Below, one piece after another: positions 27,109 through 39,672 of a stretch of DNA of 64,000 nt. The DNA comes from Pseudogymnoascus verrucosus. Lineage: Eukaryota. Under the pieces are notes generated by a model. It saw only the letters and a list, made by a program, of their open reading frames with translations. It searched no databases and was not told the DNA's origin. The stretch is taken from the NCBI GenBank assembly GCA_001662655.1, contig KV460226.1. One strand, written 5' to 3'. Made by a program: the position numbers and the translations under genes. How positions within the stretch are numbered: position 1 is the stretch's first letter; every line of letters begins with the position of its first letter.

Positions 27109-27485
27109 GGTGGCGGTTTGCGCGGGGGTAGGGCGCGCGATGAGAGGATGTGTGCGCTGGTGAGAGAGAGGGTGTGCGGATTGACGCGTTTGGGGTGGTG
27201 GTGGTGGAGGGGTAGGAGGTGTTGAAGGGCTGTTTGGGGACTTTATTTCGTTAGTGTGGTGCAGCCTTTTAGCGCAAGGCTGAGGTTGAGATGCGATCGA
27301 TATCATATTTACAGCAGGGATTGGCAAAGTTTATGCCAAGACTCTAGGATGAGGTATAGCTTTTTGGGATGATTGCAAGAAGGGCCTCTAAACAAATTAA
27401 GTGTGCTCTGAGTTAATATTCATTTCATCTGAAAAGTGTACAGTATGCAAAATTGGCGTAAAGGCCGCTTCAATGGTAAAACCTA

Positions 27486-27567
27486 CCAGAGAATAGTTAC
27501 CAGAGAATAGAGAACAGAGAATAGAGACCAGAGAATAGAGCCCAAATAATAGTTACCAGAAAATTGG
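27486..27567 (+). repeat. Short tandem repeat, 13-15 bp unit CCAGAGAATAG(AG/TTA), about 6 copies
   Basis: Directly visible; lies about 60 bp before the 64-bp array. Confidence 0.8.
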
Positions 27568-27627
27568 CACGAGACCATAGATATCATTCTCACAAGCCAA
27601 GTATATCCTCAAGTTTATGAACATATC

Positions 27628-28010
27628 GGAAGCTACGACCAAAGTTTGCTTAATAATCGTTCTTTCCGATGTCTAATTTTGACGTTCTAGAGAAGCCGCG
27701 ACTGAAGCGCTTGATAATCATACCTTCCATATTTATCCCTTGAAGATCCTGAGGAAGGTGCGATTGAAGCTTGCTTGATAATCATTCCTTCCATATATAA
27801 ATATTTCAAAAGTCTCGGGGAAGTTGCGACTGAGGTTTGCTTGATAATCATACCTTCCCTATCTATAACTCAAACCCACCGAGGACGCTGCGACCCAGCA
27901 TTGCTTGATAATCATTCCTTCCATATATATCACTGTGAAAAACTCAAGGGAAACTGCGACTGATACTTGCTTGGTAATCGTTCCTTCCATATCTGTAACT
28001 TCAAGTTCCT
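27628..28010 (+). repeat. Array 1 of a ~64-bp repeat family (6 units)
   Basis: Core GGAAGYTGCGACTGA..YTTGCTTGATAATCATWCCTTCC; the TTGATAATC anchor or its variant is at 27650, 27711, 27775, 27841, 27905 and 27971. Confidence 0.92.
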
Positions 28011-28117
28011 ATAGAGAGTAATCATGGCTCACACAAAACACGACGTGGTATAATAACCAACCCATACCCAACATTACCCCAGATACGCCCCTTTTACCCT
28101 CCCCCTTTCCCCCCACC

Positions 28118-30160
28118 CTACCTCTGCGCAAAGTCCACCACCAACCTCCCCGCCAACTCCGTCCCCACAACCGCCACCAAATCCCCTAGCGCCTGCTTAA
28201 TGACCGGCTCCCCATCCGTCCTCCCATCCCCAGGCTCCGGGTACCCCTCCCAGCCATCTATATCGCTGAACCTTATGACCGCGCCCCGCCCATAAGGACG
28301 CAGGAGGGAACCGAGGTCGAAGGCTTCGAGCTCGTCGGCTGTGAGGGCACCGGGCATGTTTTGGGAAAGGAGGTTGAGGTCGTCGCCGTCGTTGGTGGGT
28401 GGCGGGGATCTGTGGGATGTTAGGGGTTGGAGGTGGGAAGACGGGGTAGGAACGGACCTTGAAGCAGCGGCGGCCTCGGCCTCTTCTTTAGTTGGGGCGG
28501 GGATACCCCGTGCTTTCTCAGACGAGAGAGAGACGTAGCGCCGTGCGTCCATGCGTAGCTTGAGATCGTCATCGAGGAGGTCCCACGTGTACTTCTCTGG
28601 GTCTAGGATGTACTGTGGGTGATAGTCTGCTTTATACTTCATCTTGGTGCAGCCGTGGATGTAAAATCCCATCATATACCATCTACACCCCTGTTCGATG
28701 GCTAAAGCCGTCTCGCGTAGCGCGCTCAATTTACCAGGGCTCCAAGTGTGAAGGTCCTCATGGTACATGAAGTAGACCGCGCTGATGGCGTTGGGAAGAA
28801 GATCAAGAACACCGATGGCGACGAGGCGCCCATCAAGGCGGTAGCATTGGTGGTAGGAGCCTAGTTTCTTCTCTTTACCATCAACAATCGTTGTGCTGCG
28901 CTTTATCTTCGAGGAGCAGAGAAAGTTGCGGAAGCCGTGGCGAGAGATGTCATCTGGACCCTCTTTGTGGACGATACGCTGGTAGTTCTCGTAGAGGAGG
29001 TATTTCTCCTCTGTGAAAGTGTCTGGGTCCAGTGTGACTGCGAATTCGTGGGCGGGCTTTGTTGGCTCTTGGAGATAAGAGAGCTCGCTCTCGTGGACAC
29101 GTTCGCAGAGATCAAAGGTCTGCTTGTATCTTGCTGCTTCGGCTTTGGATTTTGGATGCAGTTTTGCCGTCTCTTTGATGTATTCATCGCCGAGTATGTA
29201 GTGGTTGAAGCGGTTCTGGGCCTGCCTCTGGTCCTTGGTGGCTTTGAATGCGGGTGCATCCAGCCGGAGGGTGTAATGGGGACAACATGCGTTCCTGAGG
29301 TCAGGTTTGTAGAGGAGGGTCCCTGACCGCCTCCAGCCTCTACATATTAAGTCTTCATAGAACTTGGGGGTTAGGTACTTGGAGGAGGCGTAGTAGGAAG
29401 GGCCTATTCAGAAGAATGAGTTTTGCTTCCTTCACAGCGAGAGAAGCATGTAGGAAAATGAAACCAATAAGAATCTGACCGTGAAAAACTGAGGAGAGAT
29501 TCCCCAATGAGAAATGACTATGAGAACCTGACGTCGAAAACAGAGATGAATAGAGATGAATGCTTACTTCCTGAAGACCCGCGACTCGAAGACCTACGCT
29601 CGGCCTTGCTCTTACAGTATCCGCATGAATGTGCGTGGTAGCCTACATGACGTCTCCTATCAGCAATAATTCATCAAGCAGCAAGCTCAATTCAGAATCC
29701 TTGTTAGATCTCGTGACTCTCCTCGTGACTGCCCCTCGCCGGCACAGAACCTCTGACGTGTTCTGGACCAGCATTCTCCAGCGTAGGACTCCCACTCCCA
29801 GCGTGGGGGTTCCGCCACCCACGCCTCCCACGGTTCTCCCCCCCTAGGGGCCAAAAAATGCAGCAGATCATCACCTGCACCCGAAGCGCGGGGGCCACTG
29901 TAGCCAGCAACCCAGCACCGACAGCACCAGGCCATCCTGAAAGTGCGGCGTGCATGCCGCTACGGCGACAGGCCCCGCGGGATATGCGAGGGTGGGAGGA
30001 CGGACGTCATCCAAGGGATGTGCCCACGTTCTGGAATGAATGGAGGAGAGCGCATGTCAGGGGGCGGAATTAGGGTTTGGAGAGGCTGACCTATGGGGCC
30101 GAGGACGGCGTCGGGCACGATGGTGGTGGTGCTGGAGTTGGAGTTTGTCGGCGAGGACAT
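28118..30160 (-). CDS. ATE1: Arginyl-tRNA--protein transferase (N-degron pathway)
   Basis: Spliced N-terminus LGPIG-YHAHSCGYCK...YEDLICRGWRRSGTLLYKPDLRNACCPHY; GSYHQCYRLDGRLVAIGVLDLLP; YMMGFYIHGCTKMKYKADY. Introns 29643-30090 and 29404-29567. Confidence 0.93.
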
Positions 30161-31490
30161 TGTTTTTTGCTTGGATCCACAGCTGTGCCGGACTCGCCGT
30201 GCGGGTAATGTAGGTAGAAGGTGGTAGAGTGGTGTAAGTGGTTTTAGTAGAGTACAGCACGGTACAGCGCGTACAGTACAGCGAGTACAGTGCGGCAGCG
30301 CAGTACGAGTAATGGTACGAGGTCCACTGGCTTCGCTGGCGACCACGCAGTCCGTCGTGGTCGTCGTCGTACGGCGTCTTTGTGTCAGGTGTGTGATATG
30401 GGTAAGCTTGCTTCCGTGAGGTGAACAATTATCGTCGACGCGCCGAGAGCGCGGTGGATGATGAGCTGATGAGCTGGTGAGGTATGTGGTTGGTGGTACA
30501 CAGGCTGATATCACACAAAACACAAAAAGATGGTCGACGAGAGCCTCCCGACGCGGCGAGTTCGGCTGAGGCGACACAAGCAAGGCAAATGAAACCACAG
30601 TATTCTAGACGAAAGGATCTTTGAGGCAAAGCAAAATACGACTAACTACTGTAACTGTACGTTAGTCTCTCGATTTCTTAATGCATGATCCTGGACTACT
30701 GTTATATTAACGCCAAATATTGTCTTTGCTGGCGGACTAAAGTGTCTAAAGTAGGAGGCAAATGCGGCTGTATAGTACTTTTCATGCAGTGTAAGGTTGC
30801 ACAGTGCCTTGCCGGCCTTCCCAATACATGTCATAGTGGGGTAGAAGTGGAAAGTGGAAGCAGCAGAAGAAATCCGGCGCCGGTCCCTGATATGCTGATG
30901 TGCTAATGTGGTGATATGATACTCGTACTTTCTAGAACTGGAACTGGTGATGGCCACAAAAAAGAAAATGGGACAGCCGGGGACGCCCGAGGATGGTAGA
31001 TGGGTAGCTAAGAGTAGAGTAGTGTTAGTAGCTGGTAAGAGGTGCTAGATGGGTCTACCGACTCTCAGACTCTCCTGTCTGACAATGCTGACCATACCGA
31101 CCATACCGATCATATTGACAACAACCTACGAGTCATACTCAGACCTGCTCCTTCCTGCCTTGATCATCAGCTTCTGCCTTCAGCCTGCGATGGCCATTGA
31201 TGGACGGCAATTCAGGATGCAAGATGCAAGCCCTCCAGCCCTTCCATGCCTTCTCAACTGACACTGCATATCATCGTACGGTTTTCACCCCCTCCCCCCC
31301 TCACTCGTCCCTTCCCCCCCCACACATCCCCCACCACCGGCGACAAATCGCCGCTCCAAAGACGAGGCTAGACAAAACACCGAACAGTCCAATAATCCCC
31401 AATAATCCCATTATGATGGGTTCTCCCTCGCCCGTGATACCTCCTCGTACCTCCCGCTCATGCCAGCATGTCTTTCTAATCCCACGCCCT

Positions 31491-31540
31491 TACACGGCCC
31501 TCCACGCCCCTCCACGTCCCTCCACGTCCCTCCACGCTCC
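31491..31540 (+). repeat. 10-bp minisatellite TCCACGYCCC, about 5 copies
   Basis: tacacggccc tccacgcccc tccacgtccc tccacgtccc tccacgctcc. Confidence 0.8.
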
Positions 31541-32800
31541 TAGCTGCTCCAGGGGAGTCATCCAGTGTTCCACAATAGGAAATCTAGCATCAGCTCCGGG
31601 CAAGCTCGGAATTTCCTTCACTCATCAGGCGTCATGTATAGAAGCCTGCAGGCCGGGTTTTGCTGGTTCGCTGGTCAGGATATATTTCCTTTTTTTTCTT
31701 ATTTTGCTTCCCCCCAGAAGGCGTCGCGAGGCGTGGTCTTCGTTGGGCCGCAGATGGTGGGGAAGCTGGTCATGGTTTAACATGGGCATGTAAATTTTTT
31801 GGGGTTGGAGAATTGTCTATATAGATGAATGTCCCGTATCCCTTCGCCGACGAGAAACTTCTCCCCTTTCTTCCCTGTTCCTGAGTTTTTTCTCATAAAG
31901 GCACCAACAACAGTACTCATCATTAAATAAAGTACCCTTTTCCCCCTACCTACACACCAACACCGTCATCCCCACTCAGCCTCACTTGGGACTAGAGTGC
32001 CGCTGTATTTTTTGGGGGACTTATTTTATTTTTATTCTAGACTTGTACACGAGGAGAGCACGCGGGCAGGCAGGCATGAAGACTGACAACCAAAGAAGAC
32101 CGCTTGTTCACTCGCCCCTCTGTCAATTATCAAGACCCCCGCCCCCCTCCGGGCTTACCACTTCGAATTTCAATAATTCCAATACTCACCGCACCCTCAA
32201 TATTCTCAATACTCTCACTATTCTCAATAATACCTATCCTTAGGTTTATCTTTGTTGGATCGCCATAATCACTTTAAAACGACCGAGTTCCTTTCATTGC
32301 ATCATAGGAACCGGATTTGTGTCTCGAAAGCCGGGTACGCCAGAGAGACTTTTTGTTGGTTGGTTGCCTATCACATCGCATCCCACGATACTCAAGTACT
32401 CCCCAAAAATTATTATCACCGCCACGCCCCCAAAATTCGAAATTACGAAATTCCACCTGCTCATATTATCTTACTCTACCACCTCCATTTATACCATTCA
32501 TCCCGTCCCCCTCGAAGCCAATTCCAACTCCCCGGAGCTCTCCTCAGCTCCAACTTTTCCCCTCGTGGTGGTCCTTTCTCGAACCGCCGGCTCGCCCCTC
32601 GTTACCACACTTTAGCTCACCAATGTCGCTACACTAAAAGCCTGGGAAACCCGACCAAACCGCACCGCCCGCACGCCCCCCCCCCAAAACTGCCCGCACT
32701 GCCTGCGAAAACGCTCTTGGGGCAAACGTCCTCTCGCCCATCGACACACCGCCGCCCCAGCAGCACCAGCGCGGTGTCGCTCTCACTCTCCATCCGCCCC

Positions 32801-33506
32801 ATGGCGCAAAGTCGCTCCATGGAGTCGCGCGTCGGAAGAAACAAGCAGCGTGAGTCCCAACTGCCCCTTCCTGCATGAGCGCGAGAGAGTCGCCAAATAA
32901 TTTGTGGTGGGTTGCGTGGTGCGCCGAACACCGCTGTTCTGGTCGTGTGCACAACCCCAAACCACAATATGCCCCGCGGCCACCGCCTCATCTACAAAAC
33001 GAGCTCAGGCTTAGCTGGGGAGCTGGCGATTCTATATGAGTCTTCATAGTTCATCATGCTGACGGATTTTTGTTTTCGCAGGCTACAGCGACAATGGCGA
33101 GCGCCTCGTCGCTGGCATCGTGCCCACGAACAAAGAGAAGACCTTCATCCTGCTGATCCAGTCGACGCGGCGGGCCGAGTGGGTGCTCCCCAAAGGCGGC
33201 TGGGAGACGGACGAGGAGTGCATCGAGGCGGCGGAGCGCGAGGCATGGGAGGAGGCCGGCATAGTGTGCAAGGTGGACTACGACCTGGGCAAGATCACCG
33301 AGACCCGCACGGCTAAGCAGATCTCAAAGAACGCGCCCAAGGCCCTATACCAGTTCTACGAAGCCACCGTTACCGAGGAGAAGAGCGTCTGGCCAGAGAG
33401 CCATAAGCGCAGTCGCAAGTGGTTCAGCTACCCCGACGCCCTCGAAGCCCTCAAGCCTCGCCCGGAGCTCGTCGAAGCCATCAAGCGCTCCACCGTCAAG
33501 CGGTAG
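32801..33506 (+). CDS. aps1: Nudix hydrolase, diphosphoinositol polyphosphate/Ap6A phosphohydrolase type (Aps1/Ddp1-like); exons 32801-32849 and 33082-33506
   Basis: MESRVGRNKQR-YSDNGERLVAGIVP...LLIQSTRR.EWVLPKGGWETDE...AAEREAWEEAG (Nudix box). Confidence 0.88.
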
Positions 33507-34672
33507 CAGGGGGACCTGGCATCTTTAGCTTCCCCTGTGTCCTCTGCAGCTTGCGGGCGGACATCAGGACACGTGGGACATGGGCTGGAGATGCCGGGGG
33601 TACACCTGTGATGGCTCTCGTTATGGCTCTATTAGGGGCCTCTACGATTGCCTCGCCCTCGGGCCTCATTTTGCGCGTTGCGTGCTGTTTTATTTTCCAC
33701 CTACTGATTTTACGGGGGTGGCTGTTTGCTGTACACTTTAAAACTGTCTTGCGCCTGCCGGTGTCTTCTGGACGCTGGCGAAGAGCTATACATCATGTAT
33801 GGCAAAGACACTGACTCGCTGCCTTTGTACCCGCCTCTGCGAGGAAAGGCTGAACGGGCATTACGCGCAAGACTATTATTTGAAGCATTGGCGACGGCGT
33901 TGTTGGGCATATTCTGTTTTATTGCTATAAAGACTTTCCAGGGCCAGAGACCATTCTGGCCGGATTCATAGAACTGGGAGTAGGTGGGGCAGTGGTGTTT
34001 AAACTGCGATTTATGGGCAGAGAAAGAGAAAGACGGAAGAATGGATGCATGCATTGGCGCAGGGCGACATGAAAGGAAAACGGCAGATAAAAAAATCATT
34101 TATAGCCCTAACAATTGTAACAACTCACCTCGACATCGCAAAACCGTGCCTTCCAATGTGAAATACCATACCCAGCTTGTGAATTAAACCACGTAAATCC
34201 GGCCACCACGCGCCAAACATTCTTGTATATAGATAACCGTAAGATCAGCGCAGTCAAATTAGATGATCTTTTCCATCCAAGAATATCGACAGCTACTCCT
34301 ACTACCACTCAGTCACACTAATGGCACAAAATAAAGTTAAGCGCCCCAAAAAAGGAGGCCAGCATTATATATACCCTACCCTACAAACGTATCTATCACT
34401 TGACTCCGACAGCTCTGTCCTACTCCCACAGAAATGCGTTTAATGATATACAAGAAATTTGAAATAGCGCCCCAATGGCACAATCCCCGTACTGACTGAT
34501 TCTTGACGTGGCCCCAGTGTGAAATGCAAGGACATGAAATGATTCAATGCCGTCTTCAACGCCCCTTAACGCCCACCGTACTCTTATCATCGCTCATTAG
34601 AGTCTCTTGGACTCACTCGTATGCTCCGGTCGCTCTTGATTACAGCCGACCTGCGGCTTCGGGCCGCCATCG

Positions 34673-35722
34673 CTACGAACTGAAAGCTTGTCGCCATTTC
34701 TTGGAAAAGGGCTTCGCCTCGTCCTCGCATTTCGGTTGAGTGGTAGTATCGCAACCAGCGAAGTTGACGACAAAATCTCCCTCCTTGTATACTTCTGTCT
34801 TCCCAGTTGTGGCTGTGGGGGCTCTGCTGTACGAATTCATAATGTGCTGCGGGACTATGCCGAGCCTGGACAGGATGGTTGGGTGCCATTGGACGATGTG
34901 TTCCTGGGATTTATTAGCCATCGTCTTGCCTTGCTTGACAGTTAAAACATACCAAGGCGTGTCTCTCTGCCTTTTGGAAATTGTAGGAGCGATATAGCGG
35001 ATCGAACCACGTATCCAGAAGGAACTTTGACCAGTCTCCGTTGCGAACAATAAAGCTTCCTGGCGCCAGACCATCTTTGTCCTGCGTGATAGAGAAATGT
35101 ATTTGTTGGCCCTTTAGGTGCTTGAATGTCTTGATGACACTGTCTGGCGGCACGATGGACTGGTCTTTGATCATGAGGGCGTCCATTCGTTTGGGGTTCA
35201 TAATATGCGTTTCGATCTTGAGGTTAGGGTTCATGATGAGCGCATTCTGATCAAGGAACCAGTAGTACTCCGTGTATGGGAAGTTAGTGAGGGCGTGGCG
35301 CATCGCGGGGAGTTTCGACCATGACACAGGCGAATCGCCAAGCGGGTAGTCGTTGACGGTTGGGAAAAAAGTCGCATATCCTAGAAAGCAGTCAGCCCCT
35401 TGTCCTAATACTGTCCACGCCAGTGAGAATTACCATGCTTCTTCGCGTATTGTTCACGATTCTCCTTGATATCGGCGATATATTGTTTGCTCTGTGACCC
35501 GGGGTCTATAACCGTGATGATCACGACCGGGGGAGTTCCAGGGGGGGCACCACCCCCAAAGCCTAAAATCTTCGCGATGATAAAGAGTAGAGTGCTAACC
35601 CCTAATGCACATAGCACAAGGAATTGTATCCGACTCCGTCGGAATAGCGGCGCCTTTGATGCGCGGGCGGTGAACATTGTCGAATGCGCTGAGGGTTTCC
35701 TTGGGGGAAAGGCAAAGTGCAT
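34673..35722 (-). CDS. MNN11: GT34 alpha-1,6-mannosyltransferase complex subunit, Mnn11-like, 3 exons
   Basis: Type II membrane N-terminus MHFAFPPRK; ENREQYAKKHGY; SWSKLPAMRHAL; FLDQNALIMN; WFDPLYRSYNFQKAERHALEHIVQWHP. Confidence 0.8.
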
Positions 35723-36268
35723 TGTCTTGATAAGAACTATTTGGAAGGTATCCAGACACTAGACAACGAGGAAAGCGCGACCGAAACGAGTGGCAGTCGT
35801 GCTCTCCTAGAGTGAAGATGGGTGGGTGTCGAAGATTGTTGTCGCCAGCTGACGTGCTATGCGCTTGATTTCTGTGTTGCGGATACGAGCCCAACGTGGC
35901 TTCCCAGGTAGTGGTGCTGGCTGAGTAAACAGCTAGCTCTTTGTTCAGACACTATGCGGCAATGATGCTGCACGTATGACAAGGTGTCAAAGAGTTGTTT
36001 TGAGCGGGAGTGGTTGACGTTTAAGGATCATTAGGAGTGTTGAAACCTTAAATTGGGGGAATTGGACGTTTTGGGGGAAAGCTTCTCCCTTCCCATATCC
36101 CCAAACCACGTGCTGATAACGCCCACCACACACGACCTGCCTCCCCACCAACCTCACATCCCAGTCCAGTTCTCGACCTCCAAACAAACTACCACCAACC
36201 ACAACCCCCCATGCAATGGATTGGCAGACCCGATAATCCCCTCCAAACCGAACAAAAGTACACCTACC

Positions 36269-37025
36269 ATGGCGCACGCGCAAGCACACCCCCCGCCGCC
36301 GCTTGAGGCGCTGAGTCTCGACGAGCAGCGCGCTGGGGCTGGGGGACAGGGCGGCCCAGCTCCGCCGGCGCTGGGTCAGGCGATGCATGCCCAGCAGGCG
36401 CCGCAGCAGTTGCCGCCGCAGATGTTTACGACGGCTGCGCAGTTGCTGGATTTAACTGATAGTGAGTCACACCTGCGTTGGTGGCTTCAGGGGAGAGAGG
36501 ATGGCTGGTTGGGGCGCGTTTGAGGGTGAAGATAAAGCGGCGGAGAGGGAAAGCAAAGAAGGGGGTGGAATGGGAAAAAGAAGAGAGGCTAATGCGTGTG
36601 TGTCTACAGAGAAACTTATGGTCGCTCTCCGCGACGGAAGGAAGCTAATTGGCGTGTTGAGAAGCTGGGACCAGTTCGGTGAGCTCCCATGCGTCATCCT
36701 TAAAGCCCCTATGTACTAACATTCCCCAGCAAACCTAGTCCTCCAATCCACATCCGAGCGCCTCTTCACGCACTCACCGCCACTGCAGTTTGCGGACGTG
36801 CCACAAGGGACCTTTCTGGTGAGAGGTGAAAATGTGTTGTTGCTGGGCGAGGTGGACCTTGATAAGGATGATGATGTGCCAGTGGGCTTTGAGAGGGGAG
36901 ATGTGGAGGAGGTGCAAGCGAGGGTTAAGGAGGAGAGGAATGTGAGGGAGAGAAGGGAGAAGGAGAGGGGGAAGGTGTTGAGGGGGGAAGGATTTGTGGG
37001 GGAGGATGGCGAGGGGACGTTCTAG
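36269..37025 (+). CDS. LSM1: Sm-like protein Lsm1, 3 exons
   Basis: [41 protein letters not shown]...FLVRGENVLLLGEVDLDKDD. Confidence 0.93.
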
Positions 37026-37336
37026 GCTTGGTTTTATGGTTTTGTGGGGTGATGGGGGGGCTTTAGAGGGGAGACGAAGGGCTATCAGAGCAGAATATTG
37101 TGAAATGCTTCTTTTGGCCGGGGAGGGATTTGCTTTGGCTTCTTCTGCGGCTGCTGCCAAGCATTTTGACGTGTGGGGAGGAGAATGGAGAGAGGGCGAA
37201 ATACAATCATAGAATTGGACAAAGAATTTTCAAAATTTACAGATTTGCAGATTTGCAGCGCGATCGATGGGACACTGCTACCAAAAAGCTATCCTTCATG
37301 AGGCATAATAATATTATTGCTATCCAAAGAAGCTAC

Positions 37337-39053
37337 TCAGAGTGCCAAGTCAATATGGGCCCCGGAGCTTTTTGCCTTCTCCACCTCGAGAGCTTCCTTC
37401 TCGGCAACCTTATCTTGGCTGCGTGCGTAGAGGTCCTCTCCGGAGGAGATGGTCTGCATGCTCGCGCCGAGCTTGTTCATGGTCTCTACCCACTCGTCGT
37501 ACGGGTCGGAGTCGAAGACGATGCCACCGCCTGTAAGGTTAGTATAAATGAAAATATTAAATATGGGAGAGAAAATAACTCACCAGCCTGAAGATACGCA
37601 ACTTGGTCCTTGACAAGCATAGTGCGCAGCGCAATACACGTATCCATCGCGCCCTCAACCTCATTCCCCTGTGCATCCAAGGTGCCGTATCCGAAATACC
37701 CAACAGCACCAGCATATACACCACGCTTCTCCTTCTCCAGCTCGGCAATAAGCTCCATAGCCATCACCTTTGGCGCGCCGCTCACCGTCCCGGCAGGGAA
37801 AATGCTACGGAAAGCATCGAAGCGGGACTTATCAGGGCGCAGAACACCTGACACCTGCGAGACCAGATGCTGGACGTGGCTGAACTTCTCGACGGCCATG
37901 AGGCGGTCAACGCGGGTGGTGAGGGGGTCGCACACGCGGTTGATGTCGTTGCGGGCGAGGTCAACCAACATGACGTGTTCTGCGCGGTCTTTGAGAGACT
38001 CGCGCAGCTCGTTGGCAAGGGCCTCGTCCTCGGTGACGGTCTTACCGCGCTTGACAGTGCCCGCGATGGGATGGGTAATAACGCGGCCGAGCTCGGATTT
38101 GACGAGCAGCTCGGGCGAGGCGCCGACAATCTGGAACTCGGCGCAAGAGATGTAGAAGAGGTAGGGAGACGGGTTCACGGTGCGCAGGTGGCGGTAGATA
38201 TTGAAGGGGTGGAGGGTGGTGGGGCGAGCGAAGCGCTGGGAGGGCACGGCTTGGATGATGTCGCCTTTGAGGATGTGTTTTTTGAGGGTGGTTACGTGGG
38301 ATTCGTAGCCGGCTTGGCCGACGTTGGAGGTGTATTTTTGGTCGAGCACGATCGGTGCTTGGTGGGGTAGTGGGGTTTCTGAGGATTGGAGGACGTCGAT
38401 GAGCTCGGCGATAGTTTTTTGGCACTTCTCGTACTCTGCTTCGAGCTTTGAGAGGTCGTCGGGAACGTGCAGGAAGGTAATGACTTTGATGACGCCGTAG
38501 AAGCGGTCAAAGGCGATGATGGTGTCGAAGAACATAAACAATGATTCCGGCACTTTTAGAACATCCTCCATATCCCTCGCGGTCTTGGGCTCGAAGTAAC
38601 GAACACAGTCATAGCCCACATAACCAATTGCTCCTCCAGTCAATGGTGGTAACACAAGTCCCGGAATATGGGCAACTGTGTACTTCGCGAGCTCCTCCTC
38701 CAGTGCTGGCAATGGGTCGACTGACGGACCATGGCCTTCTCCGGTTTTTAAGATCTTCTTCGGGCCCGCACCCACAAAGCTGTATCGTCCGAGAAGCTCA
38801 GCGGCTGCGCTCTCGAACAGAAACGAGTAGTCGGACTCCGATCTCGCTGAGATCTTAAGATATGCGGTGGAGGGAGTGATGAGGTCGGAGGAGATTTGGG
38901 CATATACCGGGACTAGGTTAGGCGCTTGCGAAGCCTTCGTGGGAGCTGCGAGCACATCCCGAATAACCTCCAGGGAAGGTTGGAGATCTTCCTATTGAGT
39001 TGTCAGTTACTCGTCTTGACTCACAATCACAACCAACGTACCCCTGCTGCCAT
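37337..39053 (-). CDS. TRP2: Anthranilate synthase component I, 3 exons
   Basis: [71 protein letters not shown]. 12-nt first exon 39042-39053. Confidence 0.95.
39017..39023. promoter_or_regulatory. Candidate Gcn4/CpcA element TGACTCA in TRP2 intron 1
   Basis: Perfect consensus inside intron 38992-39041; near-consensus TGATTCA at 39133-39139 upstream of the ATG. Confidence 0.5.
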
Positions 39054-39672
39054 TTTGCTTATTTTGTGTATTTTGTGATATAAAGTGTTATTTTTGCCGC
39101 TTTGACAATCGGAATACTCGGGACGGTACGGATGATTCACAAGATCTCCTGATCACACTTCAATGTCTTGATGTTACGCCAACGCATCTCACAGCTGTCA
39201 GTCTGTGGTGGGTGAACTTTTGGATAAGATTGCGGGTAATAGTTTCACCGACGGCGAGGAGATGTTTGTTATATGGACCCCGACTCTTGGCATTGCCTTT
39301 ATCAACAACATCAAATGTGCACCGGATGCACTTGCCCTGATATTGCACGAGCCAGCACTCGCAATGCTTATGAGTATTAATATAATCGTTTTTGTTTTAC
39401 CAGAAAAGTACTCCTCTCAGTGTATCAGAAGTGTTTAATCAAATCTTCCGCATCCAAACCGTGAATATTGTCACCATCACCGTCGACCATTGAATCAATC
39501 GCTTGAGCTTTATATGCATATTATGGGGCCAGAAGCTCTACAGCGCCGTGCACTTACCAGAAGACCTCTTGCACAGAGAGGAAGTGGTAGTAACTGAAAT
39601 ACTACACTCACAGAACAGACATCCGGGCCTCACGGCCACCCACCAACCCCCCTTCAAGGCACAACCGCAACA

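Noticed and set aside
27775..27963. Short ORFs with repeated LIIIPS (also 63384..63614)
   Set aside because: Translation of the 64-bp repeat; unit lengths are mostly not multiples of three.
27628..28010. True CRISPR array (also 63235-63488)
   Set aside because: Eukaryotic context, no cas genes, cores not identical, and the linkers are loosely alignable to each other. Kept as a repeat family.
10570..30090. CYC1 intron 1 and ATE1 intron 1 are both 448 nt
   Set aside because: No sequence similarity seen; treated as coincidence.
30600..32800. ORFs of about 200 aa upstream of aps1 (31197..31793, 32252..32878)
   Set aside because: Pro/His-rich low-complexity translations of C-rich promoter/UTR sequence with non-ATG starts.
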